Virus record (IMG/VR): IMGVR_UViG_3300010362_000014 | Span: 10,740-74,739 of that record | Origin: a virus | Taxonomy: Duplodnaviria; Heunggongvirae; Uroviricota; Caudoviricetes | Direction: 5' to 3' (one strand) | DNA: 64,000 bases | Shown: piece by piece, positions 40,992-50,494 of the stretch | Numbering within the stretch: position 1 is the stretch's first letter | Layout: every line of letters starts with the position of its first letter | Notes under the pieces: model-generated | Database searches by the model: none | Seen by the model: the letters and a program-made list of their open reading frames with translations, nothing else | Told to the model about the DNA's origin: nothing | Made by a program: the position numbers and the translations under genes

Positions 40992-41912
40992 CTATCCTTT
41001 TGTCGTTGGTACGTTCACTAATCCACTATTCATCATACAAAGACCGGGCGCAATTCCCATCTCCCGAGAATATTCAATACACTTGTTCTGGACATATTCG
41101 GGTGTTAGAACCGGACGCAGTTTGTCCGATACTGCCTTTTCCTTGTCAGCATTCAATCTCTGCTGATCAAGAATTCTCGATTGTAGAACAACATCCTGGA
41201 ATTTCTTGATGTTCTCTTCAGTCTTGGCGTCATGATGCACAATGGGAATAGCAACTGTATAAATTTTAATGCCAAATTGCTCAACTGCCTCAGACAGCCG
41301 CCGCTTCATGTCCTCTGCAAGTTTAGCACCATCGAACGTAGTTTGTCCAGTACGAATGTCAACTTGGGCCAATGGGTTATAAGTTGCAAAAGTAGCATTT
41401 AGGGCATTTTGAATTTCTAGATCTACAAAGTTTGCCTTAAGGTTATTAAAATCTCCCTTATATGTCTTATACAAAATCGGGGCCTGATCGCCTACTACCT
41501 GCCACTGAATCCGATTTTCTACACATGCAGTGGCAAGAGAACCGATACGAACTACCGTACAGCCATGATCCCAATCACCAATATGGTTTTCAGTGATCCT
41601 AGACGCATCAAAGTCAGCGACTCGCTGCCACGGCCATACAAACTTTAGTCCATTACCTGTTACGCGACCTGTTGGAGCGCTAAAACTAGTAACAATTCCA
41701 ATGTTGTTGACCGGTACTTGATAAGCACATGCAAAGAATAGAAAAATTACCGCGATGAATCCCAAACCTAATGATACAATTTTGCTGGTAGATTTCCATG
41801 GAATATCGTCTCTACGACTTCTTTCTTCATCTGGCTTCGCCTTAATCGCAACACTTACAAAAGCTACGGCTAAAATAAGAAAGAATATGAATGCAATGAA
41901 TTCAAATGACAT
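40992..41912 (-). CDS. SPFH/band-7 (prohibitin/HflK-like) domain membrane protein
   Basis: N-terminal TM segments followed by VPVNNIGIVTSFSAPTGRVTGNGLKFVWPWQRV, which is SPFH-like. Confidence 0.55.
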   Translation of the reverse strand: MSFEFIAFIFFLILAVAFVSVAIKAKPDEERSRRDDIPWKSTSKIVSLGLGFIAVIFLFFACAYQVPVNNIGIVTSFSAPTGRVTGNGLKFVWPWQRVADFDASRITENHIGDWDHGCTVVRIGSLATACVENRIQWQVVGDQAPILYKTYKGDFNNLKANFVDLEIQNALNATFATYNPLAQVDIRTGQTTFDGAKLAEDMKRRLSEAVEQFGIKIYTVAIPIVHHDAKTEENIKKFQDVVLQSRILDQQRLNADKEKAVSDKLRPVLTPEYVQNKCIEYSREMGIAPGLCMMNSGLVNVPTTKG

Positions 41913-42263
41913 TTGTGGTCGTTTTCTCCTTATTGTATTATAGCCCGATTTGACTATAGTAGGCCGCCAGGGTATTGATCCCTGTTCTCTAGATTAAAAG
42001 TCTAGAGCATCACCTTAATGCTTGCGGCCCAATCAAATTATGAGTTAAATGGATTTACGTACCCATTCGGGTCCTGCGTCATTAATATCATATTCGATTT
42101 TTCCTTCGACGCCGGTTATGCCTCTGAAAGCCGCTGTAGCAGGTTCATCTGGCCTATCCATTGTATTATGAAATCCAGCATTACGCTCGATTCTAACGTA
42201 TTCTTCTTTGGGAACTTCCATCCATTCCAAATCGGTTGAAATTTTTATAAAATATTTATTCAT

Positions 42264-42985
42264 TTATTCTTCTCGTTCCTTCTTGTGCTCTTCTTCAAAG
42301 AAGTCTACTACCGCTGCACCTGTACTCTGCCCACTAGCATATGATTTTGTGGCAGACCTTAACGTTGTAAATGTTGTATTATATGATGCAGCACTTCCGG
42401 TTGTACCAACGGTATTTGCTGCACCAACCAGGCCAACACCTTGACTCCAAGCATCTGCCCCGGCACCTAGATAAACGAATGTCCACTTATCGGTTGCCTG
42501 AAGCTCACTAATCAACTTGCGAACCGTATCAAAGTCATATTCCTGACTTGCATTTTCCAAGCCGTCTGTCTGGATAACAACAAGAACTTTATCATCGTCT
42601 TGTAATACGGTAGATTTACGGAATTCATTTATCGTTTTGCCTACCGCATCGAATAATGCGGTAAAACCGGCGGAACATAATTACTATTATTTAATTCAGG
42701 CACTTCAGCTGGAACCTTGTTCATGCATAAAGTTACAAAATCAGTATCAAATAACGTTGCCGTAACTAAGCATTCAGTTTGGTCCTCAATAAGACCTTTA
42801 ATATATGAATTGAAGCCACCTCGAACATCCTTCGCCACAGGCGACATGGATCCTGACATATCAGTGATGGTTAAAATATAGGTTGTCATATTATCTCCAT
42901 TCAATATTTTCCTTAGATGGAAAGAATGTGGGCGATCGTGTTTCCAGTTCACGAGTATCCAAAATATCTTCTTCCCAACGATCAA
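42264..42985 (-). pseudogene. von Willebrand factor A domain gene split into two ORFs (42641..42985 N-terminal part with the MIDAS motif DMSGSM, and 42264..42560 C-terminal part)
   Basis: The MIDAS motif is in the upstream ORF and the rest of the vWA-like fold in the downstream ORF. The two are separated by an 80-nt frame break. Confidence 0.4.
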
Positions 42986-43632
42986 CGATTTTTCGAATTA
43001 TTTCCATATCGACAACGCGAATAGCTCCTCGAAATCCGTCATAGTTAACATCGAAGACTTGACGAACGAATTTCATACGTGCTTCATTATCCATCTTTAT
43101 TCTCTTCTAATTTGGATTCGTATACAACTTCCGGAAGGGGCTCACGCGCTTCGTACATAATTTATTCCGTTATCGAGCCACATATCAAAGTGAATCGCCT
43201 GACCATCCGTCAAGTAGCAGCACAGCCATATACGATCGTTATCCATCCGTTCCATACGGAATGTCTCAACATAGTTTATAACGACATCATCGAGGCCGAG
43301 ATCATCATACCTTAGCGCAATTCGATAGTCATCACTCATCTTTATCCTTATTCGGATCTAATGAGTCGCTAGATGGTATTTTTGTAGTATTCACTTCTTG
43401 CCATATCTCAATCAGATGTCTAGCTTCGTCAATGGCAATCAAATGGTGATCAGGGGATCCTGCTTCATCACACAGGTCATAGTAGATCCGTAACATTAAT
43501 GGTAATAGCTTGTCTTGTGCTCGAAATACTACAACTGGTTCGTCATCCGCAATGGTTCCGCGTTCTGTTGTTACGCTTCCATATTTCGAATCAATTGCCA
43601 CTACTTTCCTCATTTCTCTTAGTACGTGTTTG

Positions 43633-43705
43633 TACCCCTGACAGGATTTGAACCTGCGACATGCGATTTAGGAAACCGCTGCTCTATCCACTGAGCTACA
43701 GAGGT
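43633..43705 (-). tRNA. tRNA-Arg (anticodon CCT)
   Basis: Hand-folded. Acceptor ACCTCTG/CAGGGGT, D arm GCTC-AGTGGATA-GAGC, anticodon stem GCGGT/ATCGC with loop TTCCTAA, T arm GCAGG-TTCAAAT-CCTGT. Confidence 0.75.
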
Positions 43706-43886
43706 AGTGCTAGAATGAATCTCATCGAGGTGGCACCTGTATCAGAATGCGCAACGAGGCTTACGATCCATTCTAGCTTTAGAAGCAAAATCTTAGCCTT
43801 TACTACAAGAGCAACCGAATACAAGACAATCGAAATTGCTTCTAGCTTCAATCGTCCGTTTTATGTATCTATATCGTTTAGATTGC

Positions 43887-43945
43887 TACATATGATGAGG
43901 TTATAACTACATATGATGAGGTTATAACTACATATGATGAGGTTC
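43887..43945. repeat. tandem repeat, about 2.8 x 21 bp (ctacatatgatgaggttataa)
   Basis: Read directly. Overlaps the stop codon of 43928..44305. Confidence 0.75.
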
Positions 43946-44305
43946 TAGATAGAAACGCCTCTTTGGTAGAGAACTTCCTATATGATTACATTTGTAGAAC
44001 GATTTTGCATTACAGCATGGGCGAATTCCATCAATCATGGTAGTACCATGTTCGTCAATAACAGAAATCTTGACGATATAATTTCCACCTTGACTTATTA
44101 TTATAGGTAGATTCTTGTTGTTCTTAGCTCTGCGCTCGGCGGCTTGGGTTAGTTTTAATTCATGACCCGTCGGCTCACCACGGGTACGGGCAGTTTTATT
44201 AGCGGCCTCACGAAGCTCCTGAGCGGCCTTGCGCTGTGCCTTACGAGCCGCAGTGTGCGCACGTGCCTGCGCCGCGTCCTTCTTTTTCGGTGGATTATTT
44301 GCCAT
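43928..44305 (-). CDS. basic (K/R/A-rich) protein, possible DNA-binding
   Basis: The N-terminal 60 aa are highly basic. Confidence 0.3.
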   Translation of the reverse strand: MANNPPKKKDAAQARAHTAARKAQRKAAQELREAANKTARTRGEPTGHELKLTQAAERRAKNNKNLPIIISQGGNYIVKISVIDEHGTTMIDGIRPCCNAKSFYKCNHIGSSLPKRRFYLEPHHM

Positions 44306-44766
44306 ATATGATCAATTCCTTTCAAGAATTATAGTTTTCTATTGATTCGTAATATTATTAAACCAATTAATACTCCTAAGATAAAGGCTATTGCATCAAT
44401 AACTATTCGTTCTAGAGTCATTTTATTACCGGCTCTCATAATCCGGCTAATTGGCTTTGGCTGCAGGAAGTCAATCCAACCTTATCCTTTTCGTGTATGG
44501 CAATCTGGCTAACTATCTCCATCGCTAACCTTTCCAGTCGTAAAATATACATTCTACGAAATGTATATTCTAGCCTGTCAGGCAATCTCTTTCGCCGCCA
44601 AGTAGTTGCCTAATCACCTTGATCTCCGCCAATCTCGGAGGACAAATCCTCTTTAGAAGTTAAAACATTACCCCCCTAGAAGATAAATCTTCCAGACTGT
44701 AACTGCGACGCATATGTTATTTATGCCTACACTATTAAGACTGACATATATTATTTAAGCATTTAT

Positions 44767-45249
44767 TTATGTCCTAATGCCTAATTTTTCTAATTCTATC
44801 AGATACTGCTGACGTACTGCTCGTGCGATCACGAAAATTTCTTCTTCATACTCCGGAAGGAGAGTTACATCTTCGAATTTCGGATCACTTCGCGATTCAA
44901 GAGCCGCCAACGATGTTGTATTGCTAAGATTCACGGCCACGTGTGGCACACCGTCCGGAATGAAAATAGACTCATATTTCCCATGAATCATGGAAATCCA
45001 TTTTTTATCATCAAAAATTAATGTTGCTGCTGTGCCCTCTAAACAGGTAACTATAATTTCACTATGCTCATGAACATGAGCCTTAGATACACCCCCAGGT
45101 TGCATAATGATTAACCCCTGAGAGATAAATTCAGATCCAGATGTTTCTTCAGTAATTAAAGGGTAAACCTTTTGCCCCTGTGGAGATGTAACCGGTTGAA
45201 TCTTGTGTGCTGAAATTATAGTTACTCGTTTAGTCATGGTTTTATCCAA
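44767..45249 (-). CDS. cupin-domain protein
   Basis: G(x)5HxH(x)3E ... G ... H ... N pattern (QPGGVSKAHVHEHSE ... PDGVPHVAVN). Confidence 0.5.
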   Translation of the reverse strand: MDKTMTKRVTIISAHKIQPVTSPQGQKVYPLITEETSGSEFISQGLIIMQPGGVSKAHVHEHSEIIVTCLEGTAATLIFDDKKWISMIHGKYESIFIPDGVPHVAVNLSNTTSLAALESRSDPKFEDVTLLPEYEEEIFVIARAVRQQYLIELEKLGIRT

Positions 45250-45638
45250 TCCGTTAAAGTTGCTAATTAGCTCATTCGTCGTCTACATTCATCTTCACCC
45301 AAATCGGATTCCAATATACACGATCCCATTGAAGATTACCATCTTCGTCATAACCGCGGAGAGTTATGCGTTTATTTTTGGCTCTCCATCTAATATTATA
45401 CGCGGAAAGGTTGACGACTTCTAGAACAACTACAGATTTGTAAAAAAGCTTAACTCTCATATTTACTTATACTCCACAATCGGTACAAAGATTGGTATCA
45501 AATTCTAAATCCTATCTTTTTCACCTTAAGCTATTACTCACGGTCAGCCCCCGGAGTTGTTGTTAAACTTCTCCATAGACCTAATAGCACCAGCCGGCTT
45601 TTGTATAAGGTCCGAAAAGATAGGGAGAAACGTGGCAG

Positions 45639-45721
45639 CGGAAGATAAAGGAATCGAACCCTCATGTTGTTAACATGGCACGGTTTTCAAGACCGATTGA
45701 GCACCTTGCTCGCTATCTTCC
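45639..45721 (-). tRNA. tRNA-Ser (anticodon TGA), type II
   Basis: Acceptor GGAAGAT/ATCTTCC with a G discriminator, D stem GAGC/GCTC, anticodon stem CGGT/ACCG with loop CTTGAAA, long variable arm CATGTT-AAC-AACATG, and a TTCGATT T loop. Confidence 0.6.
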
Positions 45722-45988
45722 TAATATGGTTCTTCATATCGTGGTATTATATCCTGAAATTGTATGGACAGAATATTAGACAAAATATTCTCCACTATTT
45801 TAGCTTACTAATAATTTCTGTCATATTCCTTCCCTAATAAATTTCTCATACTCTTTGGCTGCATCTAGTACCTTATTCATAAGCTGAATCGAATTCAGCT
45901 GATTCGCATTTCCAGATAGTGCTATTGCAGCTACCCTTAACGCGATAGCTCTAATTTTTTGATCTGTCATATCTAATCCAATCCAATT

Positions 45989-46050
45989 ATATTTATTCGT
46001 GATTTAGTCATAATCTTCCTATATTTATTCGTGATTTAATCATAATCTTC
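45989..46050. repeat. 30-bp direct repeat, 2 copies with 1 mismatch (atatttattcgtgatttaRtcataatcttc)
   Basis: Read directly. Intergenic, downstream of 46036..46329. Confidence 0.7.
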
Positions 46051-46329
46051 AAATCCTGATGTGAACTCATCAGGATTTACTTTTATAGCTCGACAAATTT
46101 TTACCCAAAACTCATTTGCATGTTTCGTACATAAATCTCGATGATGTTTATAGTTCACGCATAGCTCCGGATTTAAGTAAATAATAAGCTCTTGTCGATC
46201 ATCATTATCATCATATGGATCATCAGATATATCAGTACCACATACATCACATTTATATGTGGCTTCCTTGACATAAATAGTCTCAACTTTCTCGGAAATT
46301 CTGATCTGCCGACTCATACTATTCCTCAA
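46036..46329 (-). CDS. small zinc-finger protein
   Basis: CDVCG...C...H...C. Confidence 0.3.
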   Translation of the reverse strand: MRNSMSRQIRISEKVETIYVKEATYKCDVCGTDISDDPYDDNDDRQELIIYLNPELCVNYKHHRDLCTKHANEFWVKICRAIKVNPDEFTSGFEDYD

Positions 46330-46645
46330 GATTATTTGTTCGATCCGTATGTCTATCCACCCATGACCAGAAAAGGTTAGTATTACTTATGAGATTCAAT
46401 CCCCAATGACCATTCTTCATGTATCTCCACTGGGGTCTAGTTTCCGTTTTATGAGTTTTAGAATCCCATTTATATAATCTGCCATATCTAGGAATGTTAT
46501 TTAATATGCCAATTAAGTTGACAATTTTATCTTGAGTCCGTATACTACATTTTTCTTCAATTTCGTTCGCAACATATGTGATTATCGGTTGAGTTAGCTT
46601 ACGGGGAGTTCTTAATATTATACTTAATATACGATTGAAATTCAT
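46319..46645 (-). CDS. hypothetical protein
   Basis: ORF. Confidence 0.25.
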   Translation of the reverse strand: MNFNRILSIILRTPRKLTQPIITYVANEIEEKCSIRTQDKIVNLIGILNNIPRYGRLYKWDSKTHKTETRPQWRYMKNGHWGLNLISNTNLFWSWVDRHTDRTNNLEE

Positions 46646-47565
46646 CTCAATCTCGATCTAATCGGCAAGCAAGCCTCACCCTGCTCAGATATCAATCTAG
46701 ACATTGCCGATCTTTTAATCTTTGCACATCCGTTTATTCCCCAACCTGGTCCCCACGAATTATGTAAGATATAGCAATCTTCCTTGAGATTGATACCCTT
46801 GGCCAAAATACAATGTCCGCCGGCCAATGATCCTGTGGGCTTTATATAGCCATTAATATCTGGCTTGAACATTCCCGTATACCAATTTATGCCAAGAACT
46901 ACTGGACCATGGTATGCAATTGCAGATGCAATCTCTTGTTCGGTATCTGCCCAGTGATACGACAAATAAAAGCTTAATGATGTCAAGACTTTGGCACCAG
47001 CAAGTACAGAGGTGCCTTCATAGAAGGGCACGGCGCCGGGATATGCACCGCCTGGCCATTCATCATTTTGTTGGAATTGAAAATAAAGCGCATTATTCTT
47101 AATAAGATTTGATACCGTATCAAATTTGACCAGGACTGGTCTAGCTAGAAGCTCATGTGAAAATCCATATTGGACACATGTGCCTTCATTACCTTGGTCT
47201 AGATGATATTGGTTTACTTTACTAAAACCAACCGACCAAGTGTAAGACCTAAGTGGAGCTGCAACATCTATGATAGCCGATATTCTGAAATTCCGGCTAC
47301 GAATGTCGGATTGCAAGATTCTACCAAGACGAGGATCAGAAACTACAGATCCATCCTTCAGTCTGGTTCCAGTTCTAGCCATTCTGACCAAGATTCTATC
47401 AAATAGGACCAAGAATTCATATAATATAAAGTGACTACCCCAACGATTGGGGGACTCAGCCTGGGGACAACTGGTATAATCGTTGGGGTAGTCACGTCTT
47501 GTTGTTACTATTCGTAATCTGTCCAATTTGATATGATATTCTGGAAGAATTAATATTCCATGCAC
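46642..47565 (-). CDS. papain-like cysteine peptidase (C1 family-like)
   Basis: Order of triad segments: NEGTCVQYGFSH (Cys) ... GGHCILAKG (His) ... ILHNSWGPGWGINGCAKI (Asn-Ser-Trp-Gly...Trp-Gly). Confidence 0.5.
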   Translation of the reverse strand: MHGILILPEYHIKLDRLRIVTTRRDYPNDYTSCPQAESPNRWGSHFILYEFLVLFDRILVRMARTGTRLKDGSVVSDPRLGRILQSDIRSRNFRISAIIDVAAPLRSYTWSVGFSKVNQYHLDQGNEGTCVQYGFSHELLARPVLVKFDTVSNLIKNNALYFQFQQNDEWPGGAYPGAVPFYEGTSVLAGAKVLTSLSFYLSYHWADTEQEIASAIAYHGPVVLGINWYTGMFKPDINGYIKPTGSLAGGHCILAKGINLKEDCYILHNSWGPGWGINGCAKIKRSAMSRLISEQGEACLPIRSRLR

Positions 47566-47729
47566 GACATTTGGAAGTATAGCGAGATCATCGCGAAGAG
47601 CACCTTGTTGATATATTGAGACATCGTTTAATCTTTACCATCTAATTAAAGTGTATCATTTGATTAAGACAGGTTTACTAGAGCTCAATCCTTTTCACTC
47701 AGTAACACGCTCTCCCTCGCTATACTTCG

Positions 47730-47801
47730 AGACCCTGACAGGATTTGAACCCGCATAAAGACGATTTGCAATCGTCTGCCTATCCATTCGGCCACAGGAT
47801 C
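47730..47801 (-). tRNA. tRNA-Cys (anticodon GCA)
   Basis: Acceptor GATCCTG/CAGGGTC with discriminator U, D arm GCC-GAATGGATA-GGC, anticodon stem GACGA/TCGTC with loop TTGCAAA, and a TTCAAAT T loop. Confidence 0.65.
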
Positions 47802-48145
47802 ATAGTTGTCCGGCAGATCTAACTCCCAGAAATAAATCTTATTTCTGATCATGACTAGTCTTGGCTTAGGAGGGTGCTTTAACCAGACAACGTTGTACTA
47901 CCACATTGATGTACTCAGACCGCAGACCAGCGAGGGCCTACGTCTAATATTGTCCATTTTATTGTTCGTTATCCGTTTTATTATCCACAATTTCTGATGT
48001 TATTCTAGCATAATTCTGGAATTGACTATCTGTCAGGGTTCTAATCTTTTTACCAAGTTCGTTTTGCCGTCTAGTTAGTAGATTTTCTGCTCGAATAACA
48101 AGTCTGAAAGCCTCAACGGCATTTGCAACTTCAGGATCCATCATG

Positions 48146-48229
48146 TGCGGACGACGAGACTTGAACTCGTATGCTCTCTAGAGCGGAAACTTTTAAGGTT
48201 TCTGTGTATGCCGATTCCACCACGCCCGC
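48146..48229 (-). tRNA. tRNA-Leu (anticodon TAA), type II (bldA-like specificity)
   Basis: Acceptor GCGGGCG/CGTCCGC with discriminator A, anticodon stem GAAAC/GTTTC with loop CTTAAAA, variable arm GCTCT-AGA-GAGC, and T arm ACGAG-TTCAAGT-CTCGT. Confidence 0.7.
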
Positions 48230-48710
48230 AGTTATATATTTTTACTGGCTTTGGCGGGGAGGAGCCGATACCCTTCGACCCCTCCCCTTTTTCTCGGATA
48301 AGAAACTATGATTTTCTACCGAAAATTGGGTCAGTATCCCACCAACGCCGTTTAAAGATGCAAATCAATCTTTAAGACTTTGCGTACTGCCATTATACGA
48401 TTTCCCCATGGGTATAGTCTTTAGAGTATATGAATATAATTTTGCAGGAATGAATATAATTTTGGAGGGGAAACCAGGATTCGAACCTGGACACAAATGT
48501 CACTGTATGCATCTGCTCGATTTGGTGTTCGTGCCTTTGTTACCACGAGACTAGAGCGATAATCTCAATCTTACATGGATTTATTTTGCCAATTAAACTA
48601 CTGCGGCACGACTTAAAGCCGCAGGATGGATTCGAACCACCATCTAATCCTGATGAGTTAGACTGATAATGAGTCTAACTATGTAACCCGTGCGCTCTAA
48701 TCACGGGAGT

Positions 48711-49448
48711 CTATGCGAAAAGATATCCAAAGACTACGTTAGATACCTTGACATTATCAACTTCTGTTGAATTTGCTCGTTCTCTGGCTACCTTTACGGC
48801 ATCGGTAAGCTTACGTACTCGTTCAAGTAATTCACTTGAACGAGTAGCCGGAATAGCACCCGAGAATCGTGTGGTATCCCAATAGCCGACGAGCACGTCT
48901 TCTTGATAGGGCTGAACCTGAGCCGGATGTTTTTCGGTCGCCTCATAGAGCACAAAAGCTTTCGGTACTTTCTTGCTTTTAACAGTAGTAGTTACCGGGG
49001 AGCGGTATGTTCCGGTAGTAGAATCAAATTCCCATTCAACCGAAGGATCAAGAAGTGGAAGCTTACTAACGAATGTGCTAATATCAACCAGCTTCTTTTC
49101 CAAGAAGAGAAGATATGTCACCGGCACATTTGCTAATAAAACGGTGCCGTCGATGATAACATCGGCTTTAGCTGCTGTATTACCAGTCTCTAAGGTGGCC
49201 GTCAAATCGAAAAGTCGAGAAAGTGACTTTGATGCTCTATCTAAAAGATTATCTACCGTTATCTGAACCGCATTGCCCTCATTTGGATAGACATCGCCCT
49301 CGTCATCCTTACGACGATAGACTCTGGTCAGTCCGCTTAGTGGTTCTGCCCGCTGTGAATCGTGGTGAACTTTGGTAAATGATGTTTCTGCTCTGTTCTT
49401 TTCACCCTTAACTAGGGCGATAACCTGATTAAGTAAGGCCATTCTCAT
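48711..49448 (-). CDS. hypothetical protein
   Basis: 245-aa ORF. Confidence 0.35.
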   Translation of the reverse strand: MRMALLNQVIALVKGEKNRAETSFTKVHHDSQRAEPLSGLTRVYRRKDDEGDVYPNEGNAVQITVDNLLDRASKSLSRLFDLTATLETGNTAAKADVIIDGTVLLANVPVTYLLFLEKKLVDISTFVSKLPLLDPSVEWEFDSTTGTYRSPVTTTVKSKKVPKAFVLYEATEKHPAQVQPYQEDVLVGYWDTTRFSGAIPATRSSELLERVRKLTDAVKVARERANSTEVDNVKVSNVVFGYLFA

Positions 49449-49654
49449 CCTTATCCAATAACAATTTTAAATTAATCGTATGGTACATCGTAGCCTCGCC
49501 GGGAATCGAACCCGGTCTTAACGCAGACCGACAGAGCGCAAAGCTAACCAATACTCAACAAGGCCAAGCGGCTAATATAGTGGCAGGCAGTCCCACTCAT
49601 CCTGCACTTTGGGCAAGGGCTAATTAGGAATCCCCTCGCACTATATTAGCCTCG

Positions 49655-49728
49655 TGGCTGGTAAGAGAATCGAACTCCTAACGTCCACCGTTCATAAACG
49701 GATTTGACGCCTCACCCAATATCCAGCC
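49655..49728 (-). tRNA. tRNA-like gene, anticodon arm non-canonical (possible tRNA pseudogene or unusual tRNA)
   Basis: Acceptor GGCTGGA/ACCAGCC, D stem TTGG/TCAA and T arm AGGAG-TTCGATT-CTCTT are fine. The anticodon region CCGTT-TATGA-AACGG gives a 5-nt loop. Confidence 0.3.
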
Positions 49729-49841
49729 TGTTCTCGGGTAGCGAGTATAACGCTGGTGCCGGCCAAAATTCCCATACCCGAATAGGGGACCCTCATGAAT
49801 TTCACATATTTCCCCACCTTCTCAGATGAGAGTTCTATATA

Positions 49842-50258
49842 TTACAGATTTGCAACAAGTCCATTAGTTGTATCGGTCACGGTAATATCTACAAAACTAA
49901 CCGTCATGGGAGGATCGCAGCTAGGACTAAGTTCCGCAGTTAAAGTCAAGGTAAAGTCCGCTTTTCCGTTTTGTACCGGGAAATCGCCTTCTGCTGTAAG
50001 ATCTTCTTTGTTAACTGCTTTAGGATGGTTACCGCCACCGTTTATACATAATGCCGTAGCGCTTACTACAACATGAATTTGTTCTTCATCGCCGAGACCT
50101 GCTTCTTTGCCGACCACAGTCAATGTGGTGTCTGTTTGTGTTGCTGAGAAAGCCGAGTCGATGAAATGTGGACTTCCAGCGAACGCCGGGATTGGAACGA
50201 GCAGGACCATGATTATACCAGAAATCATGATTAGTCCGACTCGACCGATACCTTTCAT
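49842..50258 (-). CDS. secreted/exported protein with N-terminal signal peptide
   Basis: MKGIGRVGLIMISGIIMVLLVPIPAFA followed by a T/S-rich beta-like sequence. Confidence 0.4.
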   Translation of the reverse strand: MKGIGRVGLIMISGIIMVLLVPIPAFAGSPHFIDSAFSATQTDTTLTVVGKEAGLGDEEQIHVVVSATALCINGGGNHPKAVNKEDLTAEGDFPVQNGKADFTLTLTAELSPSCDPPMTVSFVDITVTDTTNGLVANL

Positions 50259-50296
50259 AGAGCCTCCATATAGTATATGAAGGAGAAATCCTTCGT

Positions 50297-50370
50297 GGCG
50301 GGTAACGGATTTGAACCGCTGATCTTCGGCTTATGAGGCCGACGGGAACGACCGAGCTTCCCCAACCCGC
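50297..50370 (-). tRNA. tRNA-Met (anticodon CAT; initiator, elongator or Ile-lysidine type not resolved)
   Basis: The 3' half GTCGGCCTCATAAGCCGAAGATCAGCGGTTCAAATCCGTTACCCGCCA closely parallels bacterial tRNA-fMet. Anticodon stem TCGGC/GCCGA with loop CTCATAA, D stem GGAA/TTCC. End coordinates are +/-2 nt. Confidence 0.6.
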
Positions 50371-50494
50371 TTTGAGGTAGTCAATTAGATTGCCTACCGA
50401 ACTGCGCCACCCCGCTTTGGATTAATTCACGGTATTATTTATACTATAATCTTTGATTAATATTATGTGATTGAATCGAATACTTATATTTGCT

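Noticed and set aside
48145-48375. ORF 48145..48375 (+)
   Set aside because: It overlaps the well-folded tRNA-Leu(TAA) on the opposite strand and has no coding features.
48464-48491. tmRNA 3' domain interpretation of the T-arm+CCA fragment
   Set aside because: I could not locate a matching GGGG... 5' acceptor or a tag-peptide reading frame. It is kept only as a possibility in the findings.
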